Below, one piece after another: positions 29,164 to 39,632 of a stretch of DNA of 64,000 bases (the stretch's first letter is position 1; every line of letters begins with the position of its first letter). Source of the DNA: a virus. Taxonomy: Duplodnaviria; Caudoviricetes. A program made the translations under genes and the position numbers. The stretch is from positions 320,001 to 384,000 of the IMG/VR virus record IMGVR_UViG_3300021431_000075; one strand, given 5' to 3'. The notes beneath the pieces were generated by a model. It saw only the letters and a list, made by a program, of their open reading frames with translations, did not search any database and was not told the DNA's origin.

Positions 29164-29700
29164 ATGATTTTGTTGAAAATGATAACAATGTTATTTGAGG
29201 AATGGAAAAGATATTTTGACAAGTTCTTGAAAGAGATGGTAGATGAGATGACAGACAGTTATCTTGATGTTTTCGGTTTGAAAGTTGTCTTTGACGATAA
29301 TTATAATTTCGGAAGAAAAAGATGGCTTGCCGCTTATCAGAAAAGCAAATCACCATTGGATAATAATGAAATACTTATCTCTATTAATTATCCATATATG
29401 TATAAGTTGATGATGCAGAAGATGAAAAATATGAGTCGAAGCAATTTCATCTTTAATATAGAAGCACAGGCAAAGATAACGGTTGGTCATGAGATTGGTC
29501 ATGGCCTTGTTGAGTTTCTGGTTGACTATTGTGATGTTGAGTCAGAAGATTTGGATGAGTTTGTTCATTATTATTTAGATGGTGATTTAGATGAGGAAGA
29601 ACTTGTTGAAGAGTTTGGTCGTTATCAGTTTCCAGAAGCAACCGGAGTCTGGTCGAGTGAACTCGATGACTACTTGAGCAAGATTGTTGATGTGATGTAG
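29164..29700 (+). CDS. HExxH zinc metallopeptidase-like protein
   Basis: VGHEIGH..EEELVEEF; ATAAATA at 29151-29157. Confidence 0.7.
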   Translation: MILLKMITMLFEEWKRYFDKFLKEMVDEMTDSYLDVFGLKVVFDDNYNFGRKRWLAAYQKSKSPLDNNEILISINYPYMYKLMMQKMKNMSRSNFIFNIEAQAKITVGHEIGHGLVEFLVDYCDVESEDLDEFVHYYLDGDLDEEELVEEFGRYQFPEATGVWSSELDDYLSKIVDVM

Positions 29701-29774
29701 AAACAACTGTTTTCGGTTGTATTTTGCAATTACAACTATTTTTGGTTGTTTTCTAAAATAATTTGTTGATTTTG

Positions 29775-29805
29775 TTTGTTGGTTTAATGTTTTTTCTTAA
29801 CTTTG
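29775..29805 (+). promoter_or_regulatory. Bacteroidota-type -33/-7 promoter
   Basis: TTTG-N19-TAACTTTG. Confidence 0.75.
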
Positions 29806-29836
29806 CAAAATTGAAAATATAAAGCGATTTTTAATT

Positions 29837-30907
29837 ATGTCTTCTTGGAAACATGTCGAGATTACAACAGACAGTGGAAAGACTGTTGATGCAGTCAGTC
29901 CGTACATATTGTCTGTAAGTAGAAGCACGGATATTCCGACTTCCTATATGGAATGGTTCATTGCCAGATTGAAAGCCGGTTATTGCTCTTGGAGAAATCC
30001 GTTTAACAATCAGGTTTCTTATGTCAGTTTCAATGATTGCAGATTTGTCGTGTTCTGGTCCAAGAACCCTGCGACTTTGCTTACGACGAATGTAATAGAC
30101 TTGCTTAAGGAACGCGGAATCGACTTTTATTTGCAATATACGCTTAACGATTATTTCGATGAAGGTCTTGAGCCTAAGTTGCAGCTTCCTGATGACAGGA
30201 TGGACTTGTTCCGTAGTTTGTCGCAGAAGTACGGGAAGGAGAGAATCATATGGAGATTCGATCCGCTTGTCTTGACAGACGAGGTTGGAATCAACGAGCT
30301 GTTGAACAAGATTCAGTACGTCGGCGACTATATTCATAATTACACAGAGAAACTGGTGTTCTCGTTTGTTGATGTGAAGCGTTATCCGAAAGTCGTAAAT
30401 AACTTGAAATATGGTGGAGTGAAATACAAGGAGTGGACAAACGAGCAGATGCTTGAGTTCGGAGAGCGGCTTGCAGAACTGAAGAAAAAGAGCGGATGGA
30501 ATATCGAGCTTGCCACTTGCTGCGAGCCTGTTGATTTGGCACAGTTCGGAATCTGTCATAACAAGTGTGTTGATGATGAACTGATAGCAAGGCTTGCTTA
30601 TAACGACAAGGTTCTAATGGACTTTCTTGGAATGGAACTCCATGACGTGTCAGAGAATCTTCTTGATTGCAATGTCCCTGTTGGTGCTATCGACTTGGGC
30701 AATGGAATGTATATAAAGAGAACGCGCGGAAACAAGGATAGTGGTCAGCGAGAGTTTTGCGGTTGCATCATGAGCAAGGACATTGGTCAGTACAACACTT
30801 GCATAAACGGTTGCAAGTACTGCTATGCAAATTCAGATCATGGCGACGCGCTTTGCAACTACAAGAGATGGAGAGTTTATAGAACAAGAGACAGGATTGT
30901 TGAATGA
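29837..30907 (+). CDS. DUF1848-family protein (radical-SAM/SplB-like)
   Basis: SRSTDIP..FWSKNP..WRFDP..DIGQYNTCINGCKYCYAN. Confidence 0.9.
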   Translation: MSSWKHVEITTDSGKTVDAVSPYILSVSRSTDIPTSYMEWFIARLKAGYCSWRNPFNNQVSYVSFNDCRFVVFWSKNPATLLTTNVIDLLKERGIDFYLQYTLNDYFDEGLEPKLQLPDDRMDLFRSLSQKYGKERIIWRFDPLVLTDEVGINELLNKIQYVGDYIHNYTEKLVFSFVDVKRYPKVVNNLKYGGVKYKEWTNEQMLEFGERLAELKKKSGWNIELATCCEPVDLAQFGICHNKCVDDELIARLAYNDKVLMDFLGMELHDVSENLLDCNVPVGAIDLGNGMYIKRTRGNKDSGQREFCGCIMSKDIGQYNTCINGCKYCYANSDHGDALCNYKRWRVYRTRDRIVE

Positions 30908-30919
30908 AAATCAAAAGTT

Positions 30920-31264
30920 ATGTTATATCATGTTTATGAGATTTCGCTTTATAATAGAAGCGATGCGAAACTGGTTCTTGATGTTGTCAAACGTCATAAG
31001 TCTGTTCATCTGTCATACAAGAGAGTTGATTTGAAATATGATGAAGACATTCTTCTTTCACGGAGGTTTTCGGTTATAGTTCTGGTTCCGGCGAAAGACA
31101 AAAGACTTGAAAAAGTTCGTGAACTTCTATATAGAGAATGTGTCGATTCGGATTGCTATGAAGTCGAGCAGCCGGATAGGTATGACGAAATGCTGAAACT
31201 CTACATTGGAAAGCTTCTTCATATTTCAGGTTTTCTGGAAGATATCCAGAAACATTTATCATAA
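30920..31264 (+). CDS. hypothetical protein
   Basis: ORF in run. Confidence 0.7.
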   Translation: MLYHVYEISLYNRSDAKLVLDVVKRHKSVHLSYKRVDLKYDEDILLSRRFSVIVLVPAKDKRLEKVRELLYRECVDSDCYEVEQPDRYDEMLKLYIGKLLHISGFLEDIQKHLS

Positions 31265-31279
31265 TGAACCAAAACATTT

Positions 31280-31308
31280 TAAACTAAATTCCGATTAGTC
31301 TGTATACT
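31280..31308 (+). promoter_or_regulatory. putative phage middle promoter
   Basis: TAAACT-N17-TATACT. Confidence 0.75.
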
Positions 31309-31344
31309 TTTCAGATTTAATCGGAATTTTTTTTAATTTTATAT

Positions 31345-33012
31345 ATGAAATCAGATATTGAAATTGCAAATTCGACCAAGTTGAAGCCGATTGGAGAAAT
31401 TGGCGATATGCTTGGCATCAAGAGAGACGACCTTGTTCCGTACGGAAAGTACATAGCCAAGATTCCGCTTGACTATATTGACGAGTCGAAGATTAACAAG
31501 TCGAAGTTGATTCTTGTTACGTCTATCAGTCCGACAAAGGCTGGCATAGGAAAGACGACTGTGAGTGTCGGCTTGACTCTTGGTTTGAATAAGATTGGAA
31601 AGAAGTCTATTGTCGTGTTGAGAGAGCCTTCGCTTGGTCCATGCTTTGGAATGAAAGGTGGTGCATGTGGTGGCGGTTATGCGCAGGTTCTTCCTATGGA
31701 TAAAATCAACCTTCATTTTACAGGCGATTTCCATGCGGTTACATCAGCGCACAATATGATTGCCGCTTTGAAAGATAACTACTTGTATCATAACAAGATA
31801 ATTCTGAAGCAGGATTTATGGAAACGTGTCATTGACGTGAACGACCGCGGACTTCGTGAAATCATTACGGGTCTGGGCGCTTCAAGCAACGGCGGATTGA
31901 GGAATTCTGGGTTTGATATTACTCCGGCTTCTGAAATCATGGCTATTCTTTGCTTGTCGAAGAATCTTGATGACTTGCGTGCAAGGATTGACAATATTCT
32001 TCTCGGTTATTATCAGGACGGTCGCGAGTTCCTGTTCAGCGAACTTGGATGCACAGGTTCTATTGTTGCATTGTTGAAGGATGCAATGATGCCTAACCTT
32101 GTTCAGACGACAGAGAACACTCCTGCCATTGTTCATGGCGGACCGTTTGCCAATATTGCACATGGATGCAATACGGTTGTTGCTACGAAGATGGGTCTGA
32201 GTTTGTCTGATTATGTAGTGACAGAGGCTGGCTTCGGCGCGGATTTGGGTGCAGAGAAGTTCTATGACATCAAGTGTCGTGAACTTGGAAGGTTCCCTGA
32301 CTTGACTGTTCTTGTCGTTACTTGCCAGGGACTAAAGATGCACGGCGGATGTCCGGAAAGCGAAATCAAGAATCCGAATATTGATATGCTTAAGAAAGGT
32401 TTTGCAAATCTGGATGCGCATATTATGAATATCCGTGGATTTGGACAGAAGTCTGTCGTGTCTTTCAACAGGTTTGCTGACGATACTGATGATGAAATCA
32501 AGGCATTGGTTGAGCATTGTAATCAACTTGGTGTGGAGTGTATCGTGAATGATGCTTTCTTGAATGGCGGAGAAGGTGCTGTTGAACTTGCAAATGCTGT
32601 TGTCAATACGATTGCGGATGATTCTTATACTCTTGCTGGACGTTATTTGTACAATCTTGATGTTGATGTGCGTACAAAGATAGAGTCTGTCGTGAAGAAT
32701 GTTTACGGTGCAGATAATGTTGTCTATTCTGATAAGGCTTCGAAGATGCTTGATAAGGTTGATTCAGAACCGTATTACAAGAACTTCCCGGTTTGTATAG
32801 CAAAAACACAGTATTCGTTCACGGACAATCCGAAGGATTATGTTACGATTACCGGATTCGACTTTACGATACGCGATGTCGTGATAAACCGCGGTTCCGG
32901 ATTCATTGTCGCTATTGCAGGAGAGATGATGAGAATGCCGGGACTTCCTAAACATCCATGTGCAGAGAAGATAGATGTGGATGAGAACGGAGACATAATA
33001 GGTCTCAGTTAA
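31345..33012 (+). CDS. fhs: formate--tetrahydrofolate ligase
   Basis: [45 protein letters not shown]. Confidence 0.97.
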   Translation: MKSDIEIANSTKLKPIGEIGDMLGIKRDDLVPYGKYIAKIPLDYIDESKINKSKLILVTSISPTKAGIGKTTVSVGLTLGLNKIGKKSIVVLREPSLGPCFGMKGGACGGGYAQVLPMDKINLHFTGDFHAVTSAHNMIAALKDNYLYHNKIILKQDLWKRVIDVNDRGLREIITGLGASSNGGLRNSGFDITPASEIMAILCLSKNLDDLRARIDNILLGYYQDGREFLFSELGCTGSIVALLKDAMMPNLVQTTENTPAIVHGGPFANIAHGCNTVVATKMGLSLSDYVVTEAGFGADLGAEKFYDIKCRELGRFPDLTVLVVTCQGLKMHGGCPESEIKNPNIDMLKKGFANLDAHIMNIRGFGQKSVVSFNRFADDTDDEIKALVEHCNQLGVECIVNDAFLNGGEGAVELANAVVNTIADDSYTLAGRYLYNLDVDVRTKIESVVKNVYGADNVVYSDKASKMLDKVDSEPYYKNFPVCIAKTQYSFTDNPKDYVTITGFDFTIRDVVINRGSGFIVAIAGEMMRMPGLPKHPCAEKIDVDENGDIIGLS

Positions 33013-33036
33013 TTTTGTAGCATTTTGTGTATTTTG

Positions 33037-33071
33037 AAAGCAGTTTTTGAGAGATTCAAGAACTGCTTTTT
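33037..33071 (+). terminator. intrinsic terminator
   Basis: aaagcagtttttga/tcaagaactgcttt plus T run. Confidence 0.75.
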
Positions 33072-33135
33072 GTTAATTTTTCTTAAAAAGATGAAGTTTT
33101 GTTGCTGAATTGTTTCTGCTTTTGAAAATTCTTAT

Positions 33136-33143
33136 TATATTTG
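33136..33143 (+). promoter_or_regulatory. Bacteroidota-type -7 promoter element
   Basis: TATATTTG. Confidence 0.65.
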
Positions 33144-33177
33144 CATTATATTGTAGAACGTAAAAACAGATTGTCAA

Positions 33178-34389
33178 ATGTTAGATAGGCTTTTTGAAAG
33201 AATGTTTCCGAAGAGAGATGCAGGTTCCGATACTTGTTTCCTGATTAATAGCGACTTGACTGTCAATATGGACGAAGTTAAGAAAATCAAGGAGTTTCTT
33301 GTGCTTAAGGATACGATGCAGAACGAAGCGTATCATAGCGAAGGAAATGCATGGAATCATACGATGCTGGTATGCAAGGAAATGCGTGACATGCTCATGA
33401 GTTGCGCTTATGGTGATTTTAGCGAAACGAATCGGAAGATTCTTATGCTTGCTGCATTGTGTCATGACCTCGGAAAGGGAAATTCGACATACTGGTCGGA
33501 AGAAGAGAATACGTGGAAATGCAAGTCGCATGGTCTTGCCGGCGAGAAGATAACTCGTGATATTCTGTTCGACCTTCCTGTTGAAATGAGAGAAGAAGTC
33601 TGCTGGCTTGTCCGCTGGCATATGAACTTTCATCATATTCTTGACAAGGGTTTTGAAGGCGCGCAGAGCGGAATCAAGAAACTGATGAATGGAAATTCCT
33701 CATTGAACAAGCTCTTGCTGTTGAACTTGTGTGACTCGCTCGGTTCAATCGGCAAGGATTATTCAAGGGATATGTGCTTTAGAAAAGCTGGAAGGATAGA
33801 GCAGTTGCTCAAGCAGATGCATGTCTATGATACAGACTGGACTATCAAAGAAGAAAATCCGGATGAGGAAAAGTACAGGATGTATGTGCTGATAGGTCTT
33901 CCGGGTAGCGGTAAGGATACTTATATCAGAGAAGCATTGAATCCGGACTGGATTGGAGATTGTGCCATGACTAAAGAATGTATCAAGTATCCTGTTATTT
34001 GCCGTGATGATATTCGCGAAGAGTTGGAAGATGGAAAAGTTGTTGGAAGAAAACTGTGTCTTGACGCGTCAGGCGAAGCGACAGTTACGCAAATTGTCAA
34101 TGAGAGAATCGAAGAATGCTGTAAGAAGAAGCAGTCGTTCATCATTAATCAGACATCATTGAAGAAGAAATACAGAGACGAGTTTAGAAGAATCGCGTTC
34201 GGCGCATCGGACGAGCATCCGAAAATCGTCTATGTATATATAGAGGCTCCGTCTATTGACGAGTGTATCAGAAGACGTAATGAAACGTCTAATATCGATT
34301 GGACAAATATTGTTCGCAATATGTGGAGCAACTTTGAGTTTCCGACACCGGACGAGTATGATGTTTTGAAAATCATTAAGCAACAATAA
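33178..34389 (+). CDS. HD phosphohydrolase fused to P-loop (polynucleotide kinase-like) domain
   Basis: HSEG..WNHT..HDLGK..H..HM..D; GLPGSGKDT..CRDDIR. Confidence 0.9.
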   Translation: MLDRLFERMFPKRDAGSDTCFLINSDLTVNMDEVKKIKEFLVLKDTMQNEAYHSEGNAWNHTMLVCKEMRDMLMSCAYGDFSETNRKILMLAALCHDLGKGNSTYWSEEENTWKCKSHGLAGEKITRDILFDLPVEMREEVCWLVRWHMNFHHILDKGFEGAQSGIKKLMNGNSSLNKLLLLNLCDSLGSIGKDYSRDMCFRKAGRIEQLLKQMHVYDTDWTIKEENPDEEKYRMYVLIGLPGSGKDTYIREALNPDWIGDCAMTKECIKYPVICRDDIREELEDGKVVGRKLCLDASGEATVTQIVNERIEECCKKKQSFIINQTSLKKKYRDEFRRIAFGASDEHPKIVYVYIEAPSIDECIRRRNETSNIDWTNIVRNMWSNFEFPTPDEYDVLKIIKQQ

Positions 34390-34394
34390 GATAT

Positions 34395-35336
34395 ATGGAG
34401 AAAGAAAGTTATCTGGTTTTTGCCGGAACCAGCACGAAATATCTGGCAAATGATATTTGTAGAGAACTTGGCTGTCCGCTTGGCAATATGATTGTCACCA
34501 GATTTGCAGATGGCGAGTTTGCAGTTTCATATGAAGAGAGTATTCGCGGTCGTGATGTATTTCTCGTGCAGAGTACGTTTCCGAGTTCAGACAATCTGAT
34601 GGAACTGCTTTTGATGATTGATGCTGCAAAGCGTGCATCGGCAAAGACAATAAATGCAGTCATTCCGTATTTCGGATGGGCAAGACAGGACCGCAAAGAC
34701 AAGCCGAGAGTGAGTCTTGGATGCAAGCTTGTTGCCGATATGTTGTCTGTTGCCGGAATCACCCGATTGATAACGATGGACTTGCATGCTGATCAGGAGC
34801 AGGGGTTCTTCAATGTTCCGGTTGATCATCTCTATGCATCGTCGGTGTTGATTCCGTACATCGAGAGTTTGCATATTGACAACATGGTCATTGCCGCTCC
34901 GGATATGGGTGGTAGTAAGAGGGCGAACACGTATTCAAAGTATTTCGGTTGCCCGATGGTTCTATGCAACAAGACCCGTCAGGTGGCAAACAAGGTTGCC
35001 GGAATGCAGATTATCGGCGATGTCAAGGACAAGAACGTTATTCTTGTTGATGATATTGTAGATACGGCAGGAACTATTACGATGGCAGCTGACTTGATGA
35101 AAGAGAACGGCGCGAATACTGTCCGTGCTATTGTTTCGCACGGTATTATGAGTCATCCGGCTTCAGAACGAATAATGAATAGCAGTTTGGAAGAGATGGT
35201 TTTTACAGACAGCATTCCGTTGACTGACGAGAAGAGGATATCAAAGGTCAAGCAGGTTTCTATCGCCGGTCTGCTTGCAGAAACAATAAGGCGATGTGTG
35301 AACAATGAATCAATCAGTAGTCAATATCTTATTTGA
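34395..35336 (+). CDS. prs: ribose-phosphate pyrophosphokinase
   Basis: FADGE, ARQDRK, DLHADQ, PDMGG, VDDIVDTAGT. Confidence 0.97.
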   Translation: MEKESYLVFAGTSTKYLANDICRELGCPLGNMIVTRFADGEFAVSYEESIRGRDVFLVQSTFPSSDNLMELLLMIDAAKRASAKTINAVIPYFGWARQDRKDKPRVSLGCKLVADMLSVAGITRLITMDLHADQEQGFFNVPVDHLYASSVLIPYIESLHIDNMVIAAPDMGGSKRANTYSKYFGCPMVLCNKTRQVANKVAGMQIIGDVKDKNVILVDDIVDTAGTITMAADLMKENGANTVRAIVSHGIMSHPASERIMNSSLEEMVFTDSIPLTDEKRISKVKQVSIAGLLAETIRRCVNNESISSQYLI

Positions 35337-35346
35337 TTTTTAGTTT

Positions 35347-36705
35347 ATGGGAAAGAAATTAACATTTGATTATATAAGAGAACACGGAATGCTTTTGTAT
35401 GAGTATATCCGTGGTTCCAAGTGTCAGGGGCTTGATTTGCCTACATCAGATACGGATTATGGTGGGGTGTATATTTGCAATCCTGACGAGTTGCTCGGTC
35501 TTGGGATTAATTATGAACCGCAGGTCGAGAATGATAGTCATGATATTGTATGGTATGAACTCAACAGGTTTGTCGAACTGCTTACAAAGTCAAATCCTAC
35601 TGTTCTTGAAGCATTGTTCGTAGATGACGAGTTTGTCGTGTATGAGCATCCGATTATTACGGAACTTAAGAAGAACAAGAATATGTTCTTGACGCAGGCG
35701 GCATTTCCAAGTTTCTATGGATATTCGGTTCAGCAAATCAAGAAAGCGCAGGGTCTCAACAAGAAGATTGTGAATCCCGTCTATGAGCGACTTGGACTTC
35801 TTGACTTTTGCTATACGTTCTATCGTCAGGGAAGCAGCAAAATCAAGAACTGGCTTGATTATAGGAATCTGAACCAGAGGTATTGCGGTTTGATCAATAT
35901 TCCGAATATGAAAGGTGTTTTCGGAGTCTATTATGACTGGAAAGCATTCTTTGAAGATAATGGTATTTCTGCAAATGACTTGGTGAATGTTGTTAAGGAT
36001 TTTAACAAGGGCAATTATATATTGCAAGATATCGTTTCCTTGTTAAAAGATGCAAGAGAATCTAATAGCGACAATCTTGATGAACTTGAAGAGTTGTATA
36101 AGAAGGCAACGATGCATAACATGGTCAAGTTCATTCTTGACAATCTGTGTTTTGGTGCAAATTCTGATACTGCTCAGGAAGACATTAAGAACTGGTACTT
36201 CGCGCAACCTGTTAAGGGTTATCGAGGAATCGTTAAGGAAGGTTGTGATTCTCAAGAAGTTAGGCTTTCTTCTATTTTAAAGGGTGATGTTGCAATCTGC
36301 AATATATGCTATAACCGGGACGGGTACGGCGTTCATTGCAAGGAATACAATGAGTACAAGAAATGGGAGGCTGAAAGGAACCCGGAGCGTTTCCGTATCA
36401 ATGTGGAGAACGGCAGACGCTATGACAGCAAGAACATGTGCGCTTCATGCAGGTTGCTCAATACCGCAGTTGAACTTGCAAGAGACGGAGTTTATAATGT
36501 GAACAGAAGAAACATCGACAGGGATTTCCTTCTTGATGTAAAACTCGGAAAGATGTCTTACGAGTACCTGATTGAGTATCTTATGAAGAAGAAAGAGGAA
36601 ATGGAAGAAGCGATTAAGACCACGAAGCTTCCAGAGAAAGTTGATGTGGATGCTGTCAATAATCTTCTTATCAAGATACGCCATGAGCAATTAAGCAAGG
36701 CGTAG
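35347..36705 (+). CDS. RlaP/YcgL-like Pol-beta superfamily nucleotidyltransferase
   Basis: GS..GL..SDTDYGGV..KSNPTVLE..YDSKNM. Confidence 0.85.
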   Translation: MGKKLTFDYIREHGMLLYEYIRGSKCQGLDLPTSDTDYGGVYICNPDELLGLGINYEPQVENDSHDIVWYELNRFVELLTKSNPTVLEALFVDDEFVVYEHPIITELKKNKNMFLTQAAFPSFYGYSVQQIKKAQGLNKKIVNPVYERLGLLDFCYTFYRQGSSKIKNWLDYRNLNQRYCGLINIPNMKGVFGVYYDWKAFFEDNGISANDLVNVVKDFNKGNYILQDIVSLLKDARESNSDNLDELEELYKKATMHNMVKFILDNLCFGANSDTAQEDIKNWYFAQPVKGYRGIVKEGCDSQEVRLSSILKGDVAICNICYNRDGYGVHCKEYNEYKKWEAERNPERFRINVENGRRYDSKNMCASCRLLNTAVELARDGVYNVNRRNIDRDFLLDVKLGKMSYEYLIEYLMKKKEEMEEAIKTTKLPEKVDVDAVNNLLIKIRHEQLSKA

Positions 36706-36742
36706 ATTGCTTTTGTTTCAGTTTTTGTATTTTTGTTGTGTT

Positions 36743-36775
36743 CCGGATGGCTATTCTTAGTCATCCGGTTTTTTT
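36743..36775 (+). terminator. intrinsic terminator
   Basis: ccggatggcta/tagtcatccgg plus T7. Confidence 0.8.
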
Positions 36776-38135
36776 AAATGAAGTGGTTATATTCGACGGT
36801 TTTTCCATATTTGTAAGCAATGTCATTGTCTGAATACATAACCCTGATAGGAAGCGATGGATGTTTTTGCGGTCTGTTTTGTTGCTGGTTCTGTGCAAGT
36901 TTCGGTTGTTGAACTGGGGATTGTTGGACTTTTTTCAGTTCTTCTTTCTTTTCTATTACAGGCTTCTGCTCTTCTATTTCTTCAATCTTATGGATGACGA
37001 CTTCCGGCTTTCCTTCTTCTTTTGTTTCTTTATGTTCGGTTTGCATGACAGGTTCGTCTTTCTTTTCTGTCTTTGTGAATTCGCCGGTTCTGATTGACTC
37101 TATGATGTTCAGCATTCCTTCGTTCTCCGCAGTTATCAGTTTGTACTTCAGTTCGTCTTCTTCCTTGCAGAGCTTGTCATAGAGACCATGCGACATGACA
37201 AGCTTGAAGAAAGACGGGATGATTTCAATGGTGATGAACAGCATCGTAATCATGAGTGATATTAGACTGGATGAACTGTTTTCGGATTTGAGGTTGCAGA
37301 ACGCTTCATATCTGGCAATGAAACCGTCGTCGAAAGTGTTGTCAACTTGCTTTTCTGTTATGATGACTGTGCTTGAAATGTTGTCTATTCTTGTCTTTAG
37401 AATCTCAAGCGTGTGATTGTTGATTCTGTTCCAGTTGTCAAGTTCTTCTTGGCACTTCTCCACATATCTTTTCTTGTCCTCGTATATGGGACCGTGACCG
37501 GCGACACCGGATTTTGCATGTCCTTCCGCTTCTGTCCGCAGGTCTTTTTCTGCTTGAAGAAGTTCGTTTGATAGTTTGCTTCTCTCTGCAATCAGTTTGT
37601 TTTGCTTTGCTTCAAGTCTTGATAGTTCTGTTAGGTCTGACGAGCTTGTCTTGGTTTCTGTCTTTCTGTTGATGTTGTCCGCTATGATTTGCGAGTCTAT
37701 CTTGTCGGAGAATATCTTCATCTCAAGCGGGGTCGAGATGACGACGCCGAGAAAGAAAGCAAGGATGAATCTTGGAAGCGCCGCCTTTATCTTCATCCAG
37801 TTCAGGAAAGGAGAGTCGTCAACATACATCGAGTTGACGATATATCGGTCAAGATTGAATATCATGCATCCCCAGACGAGTCCGAATAAGACTGATGCAA
37901 TAACAGAGTTGAATATGAAGAACAAGGCATAAGCGCCTGATATTGCAGCCATGATTCCGGTGAACAGGATGGTTCCGCCGACTCCTGCATATTTCGACTG
38001 CTCGTTGTCGCATCTTCTTATTATCTTCTTGTTGATGCCCGCGCAAGACCAGAGGAATTCATTGATGAAACCGAATTTCTTTTCATTTGCTTGTTTTTTG
38101 TCTTCATCTTCTAAATTTTTAAGAATGTCAAACAT
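36774..38135 (-). CDS. DUF4407-like membrane coiled-coil protein
   Basis: KYAGVGG..NLDRYIV..ISTPLEMKIF, TM helices; late motif 38181-38187. Confidence 0.85.
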   Translation of the reverse strand: MFDILKNLEDEDKKQANEKKFGFINEFLWSCAGINKKIIRRCDNEQSKYAGVGGTILFTGIMAAISGAYALFFIFNSVIASVLFGLVWGCMIFNLDRYIVNSMYVDDSPFLNWMKIKAALPRFILAFFLGVVISTPLEMKIFSDKIDSQIIADNINRKTETKTSSSDLTELSRLEAKQNKLIAERSKLSNELLQAEKDLRTEAEGHAKSGVAGHGPIYEDKKRYVEKCQEELDNWNRINNHTLEILKTRIDNISSTVIITEKQVDNTFDDGFIARYEAFCNLKSENSSSSLISLMITMLFITIEIIPSFFKLVMSHGLYDKLCKEEDELKYKLITAENEGMLNIIESIRTGEFTKTEKKDEPVMQTEHKETKEEGKPEVVIHKIEEIEEQKPVIEKKEELKKVQQSPVQQPKLAQNQQQNRPQKHPSLPIRVMYSDNDIAYKYGKTVEYNHFI

Positions 38136-38210
38136 AATTTATATAAATAGCGGTCTGTCGGTTTTGGATAGACGCTTTTCTATTTATTGAAAAAGAAAGA
38201 ACTTGCCGTT

Positions 38211-38612
38211 TTAAGCAAGTTCTTTCTTTCTGTATATCTTCATTGTTCTGAAGTCTTCTTCAAGAGGATCGTTGAGATGTGTCGCCTTTATTATCTTTTC
38301 ATGGAAGTCTTTGTAGTTTCGGAGCCATAAGCAGACTTCATGTTCAGTTACTGGCTGAACTGACAGCAGGTCTTCCTCTGTTACTCCGCATTCGCCGCAA
38401 TCCGTTTTATGTTTTCCCAAGTCATATGGATGACCAAAAAAGTAGTAGTGATTGTATTCAGAGCAGTTGTACTTCTTTTCATATTTGTATGTGGCAATGG
38501 CAGTTTTCACTGTGTTGTCATTTCTGTACGATTGTGTATATCGTATCTTTACGATTGTGTTCTTTGGGACTCTGAGTGTGCAGATTTCTTGTGGTTTTTT
38601 CTTGTTTTCCAT
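38211..38612 (-). CDS. hypothetical protein
   Basis: own TATCTTTG promoter at 38639-38646. Confidence 0.75.
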   Translation of the reverse strand: MENKKKPQEICTLRVPKNTIVKIRYTQSYRNDNTVKTAIATYKYEKKYNCSEYNHYYFFGHPYDLGKHKTDCGECGVTEEDLLSVQPVTEHEVCLWLRNYKDFHEKIIKATHLNDPLEEDFRTMKIYRKKELA

Positions 38613-38695
38613 AAAATGACGCTTTTGAGTTTATGCTGCAAAGATATAAATTTTTTTTGATTTGTGAAAAGATTTTGGCTATTATTTTAAAATAG

Positions 38696-38734
38696 AAAGA
38701 GTCTGCGGTTCCGGATATTCGCAGACTCTTTTTT
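38696..38734. terminator. intrinsic terminator
   Basis: aaagagtctgcg/cgcagactcttt. Confidence 0.8.
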
Positions 38735-38750
38735 GTAGAAGTTTGAAATC

Positions 38751-38954
38751 TTATAGACTGAACAAGATGATTGCGATGATTATCACGCCGATGCTGCAGC
38801 CGATGTAGATGTTCTTCTTTGAAGTGTTCGGTTCTTGCTTGTAGTTTTCAAGAAAGTTTGTTTCGGCGTCTTCATTGTTTTGTTCGATGTCGCTTTCGTC
38901 TATGAACTCGTCATTGTCGTTGATAAGTTCCTCGTTGAATTCTTCTGTCTTCAT
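38751..38954 (-). CDS. small acidic protein with C-terminal membrane anchor
   Basis: terminal hydrophobic helix. Confidence 0.7.
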   Translation of the reverse strand: MKTEEFNEELINDNDEFIDESDIEQNNEDAETNFLENYKQEPNTSKKNIYIGCSIGVIIIAIILFSL

Positions 38955-39424
38955 TTTGCTACGAATTTGAGTTTTCTTATGATTTTGTTGAATGATTCGG
39001 TTTTGTTCGGACGTTTGTAGTTCATCTCTTTTGAAATGTTGAACATATAACCGTTAGCCCATCTATGCCTGTTTTCTCGTACATTCCATAAGCAGTCTCT
39101 TAAAACGACAGCAGATAAGTATGAGTCTTTTGGTTGTTTGACCTTGTTCTTGTCAAGAATTGTGTAGTACCAGCCGTTCTTCTGGTCTTGTGAGAAGAAC
39201 AGGCTTTCCTGCATGAGTATCATCTTGTTTGTCTTGTTCTCTGAGAACACGAACGCGATGTGCTTGAACTTCTTGTCTGTGAACAAGGTGTCTCCGTTGA
39301 CATAGTACTTGACTGTGCATACTTTGTCGGTGTGACGCCATACAGACACTGTGTCGATTTTTGCGGCTGATGCCGATAATGTTGCCAGCATGAATACTAA
39401 TGCTGCGATTGCTAAATGTTTCAT
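38951..39424 (-). CDS. signal-peptide-containing hypothetical protein
   Basis: MKHLAIAALVFMLATLSASA; promoter TATATTTG at 39470-39477 fixes the start. Confidence 0.75.
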   Translation of the reverse strand: MKHLAIAALVFMLATLSASAAKIDTVSVWRHTDKVCTVKYYVNGDTLFTDKKFKHIAFVFSENKTNKMILMQESLFFSQDQKNGWYYTILDKNKVKQPKDSYLSAVVLRDCLWNVRENRHRWANGYMFNISKEMNYKRPNKTESFNKIIRKLKFVAK

Positions 39425-39577
39425 TGCTTCTTTGTATTTTAGTTGTTTGACAAAATGTTTTTGATAGTGCAAATATAATGAATGTTTTTCATTAGACATA
39501 GCATTATTGATTAAAATGTTGTATTTTTAATATTTTTTAGGAAATGATTATTAGATAGGCAGATCTTTGGAAAATAG

Positions 39578-39584
39578 ATAAATA
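39578..39584 (+). promoter_or_regulatory. T4-like late promoter ATAAATA
   Basis: GATAAATACAATAC, also at 52063. Confidence 0.65.
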
Positions 39585-39632
39585 CAATACATGCAATGAT
39601 GCTGTTTTTATATAAAACGATTTTATGTTGTA

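Noticed and set aside
34395-35336. Complete NAD reconstitution (NARP1) pathway
   Set aside because: No Nampt-like partner in the window, and the protein looks like a canonical bacterial Prs.
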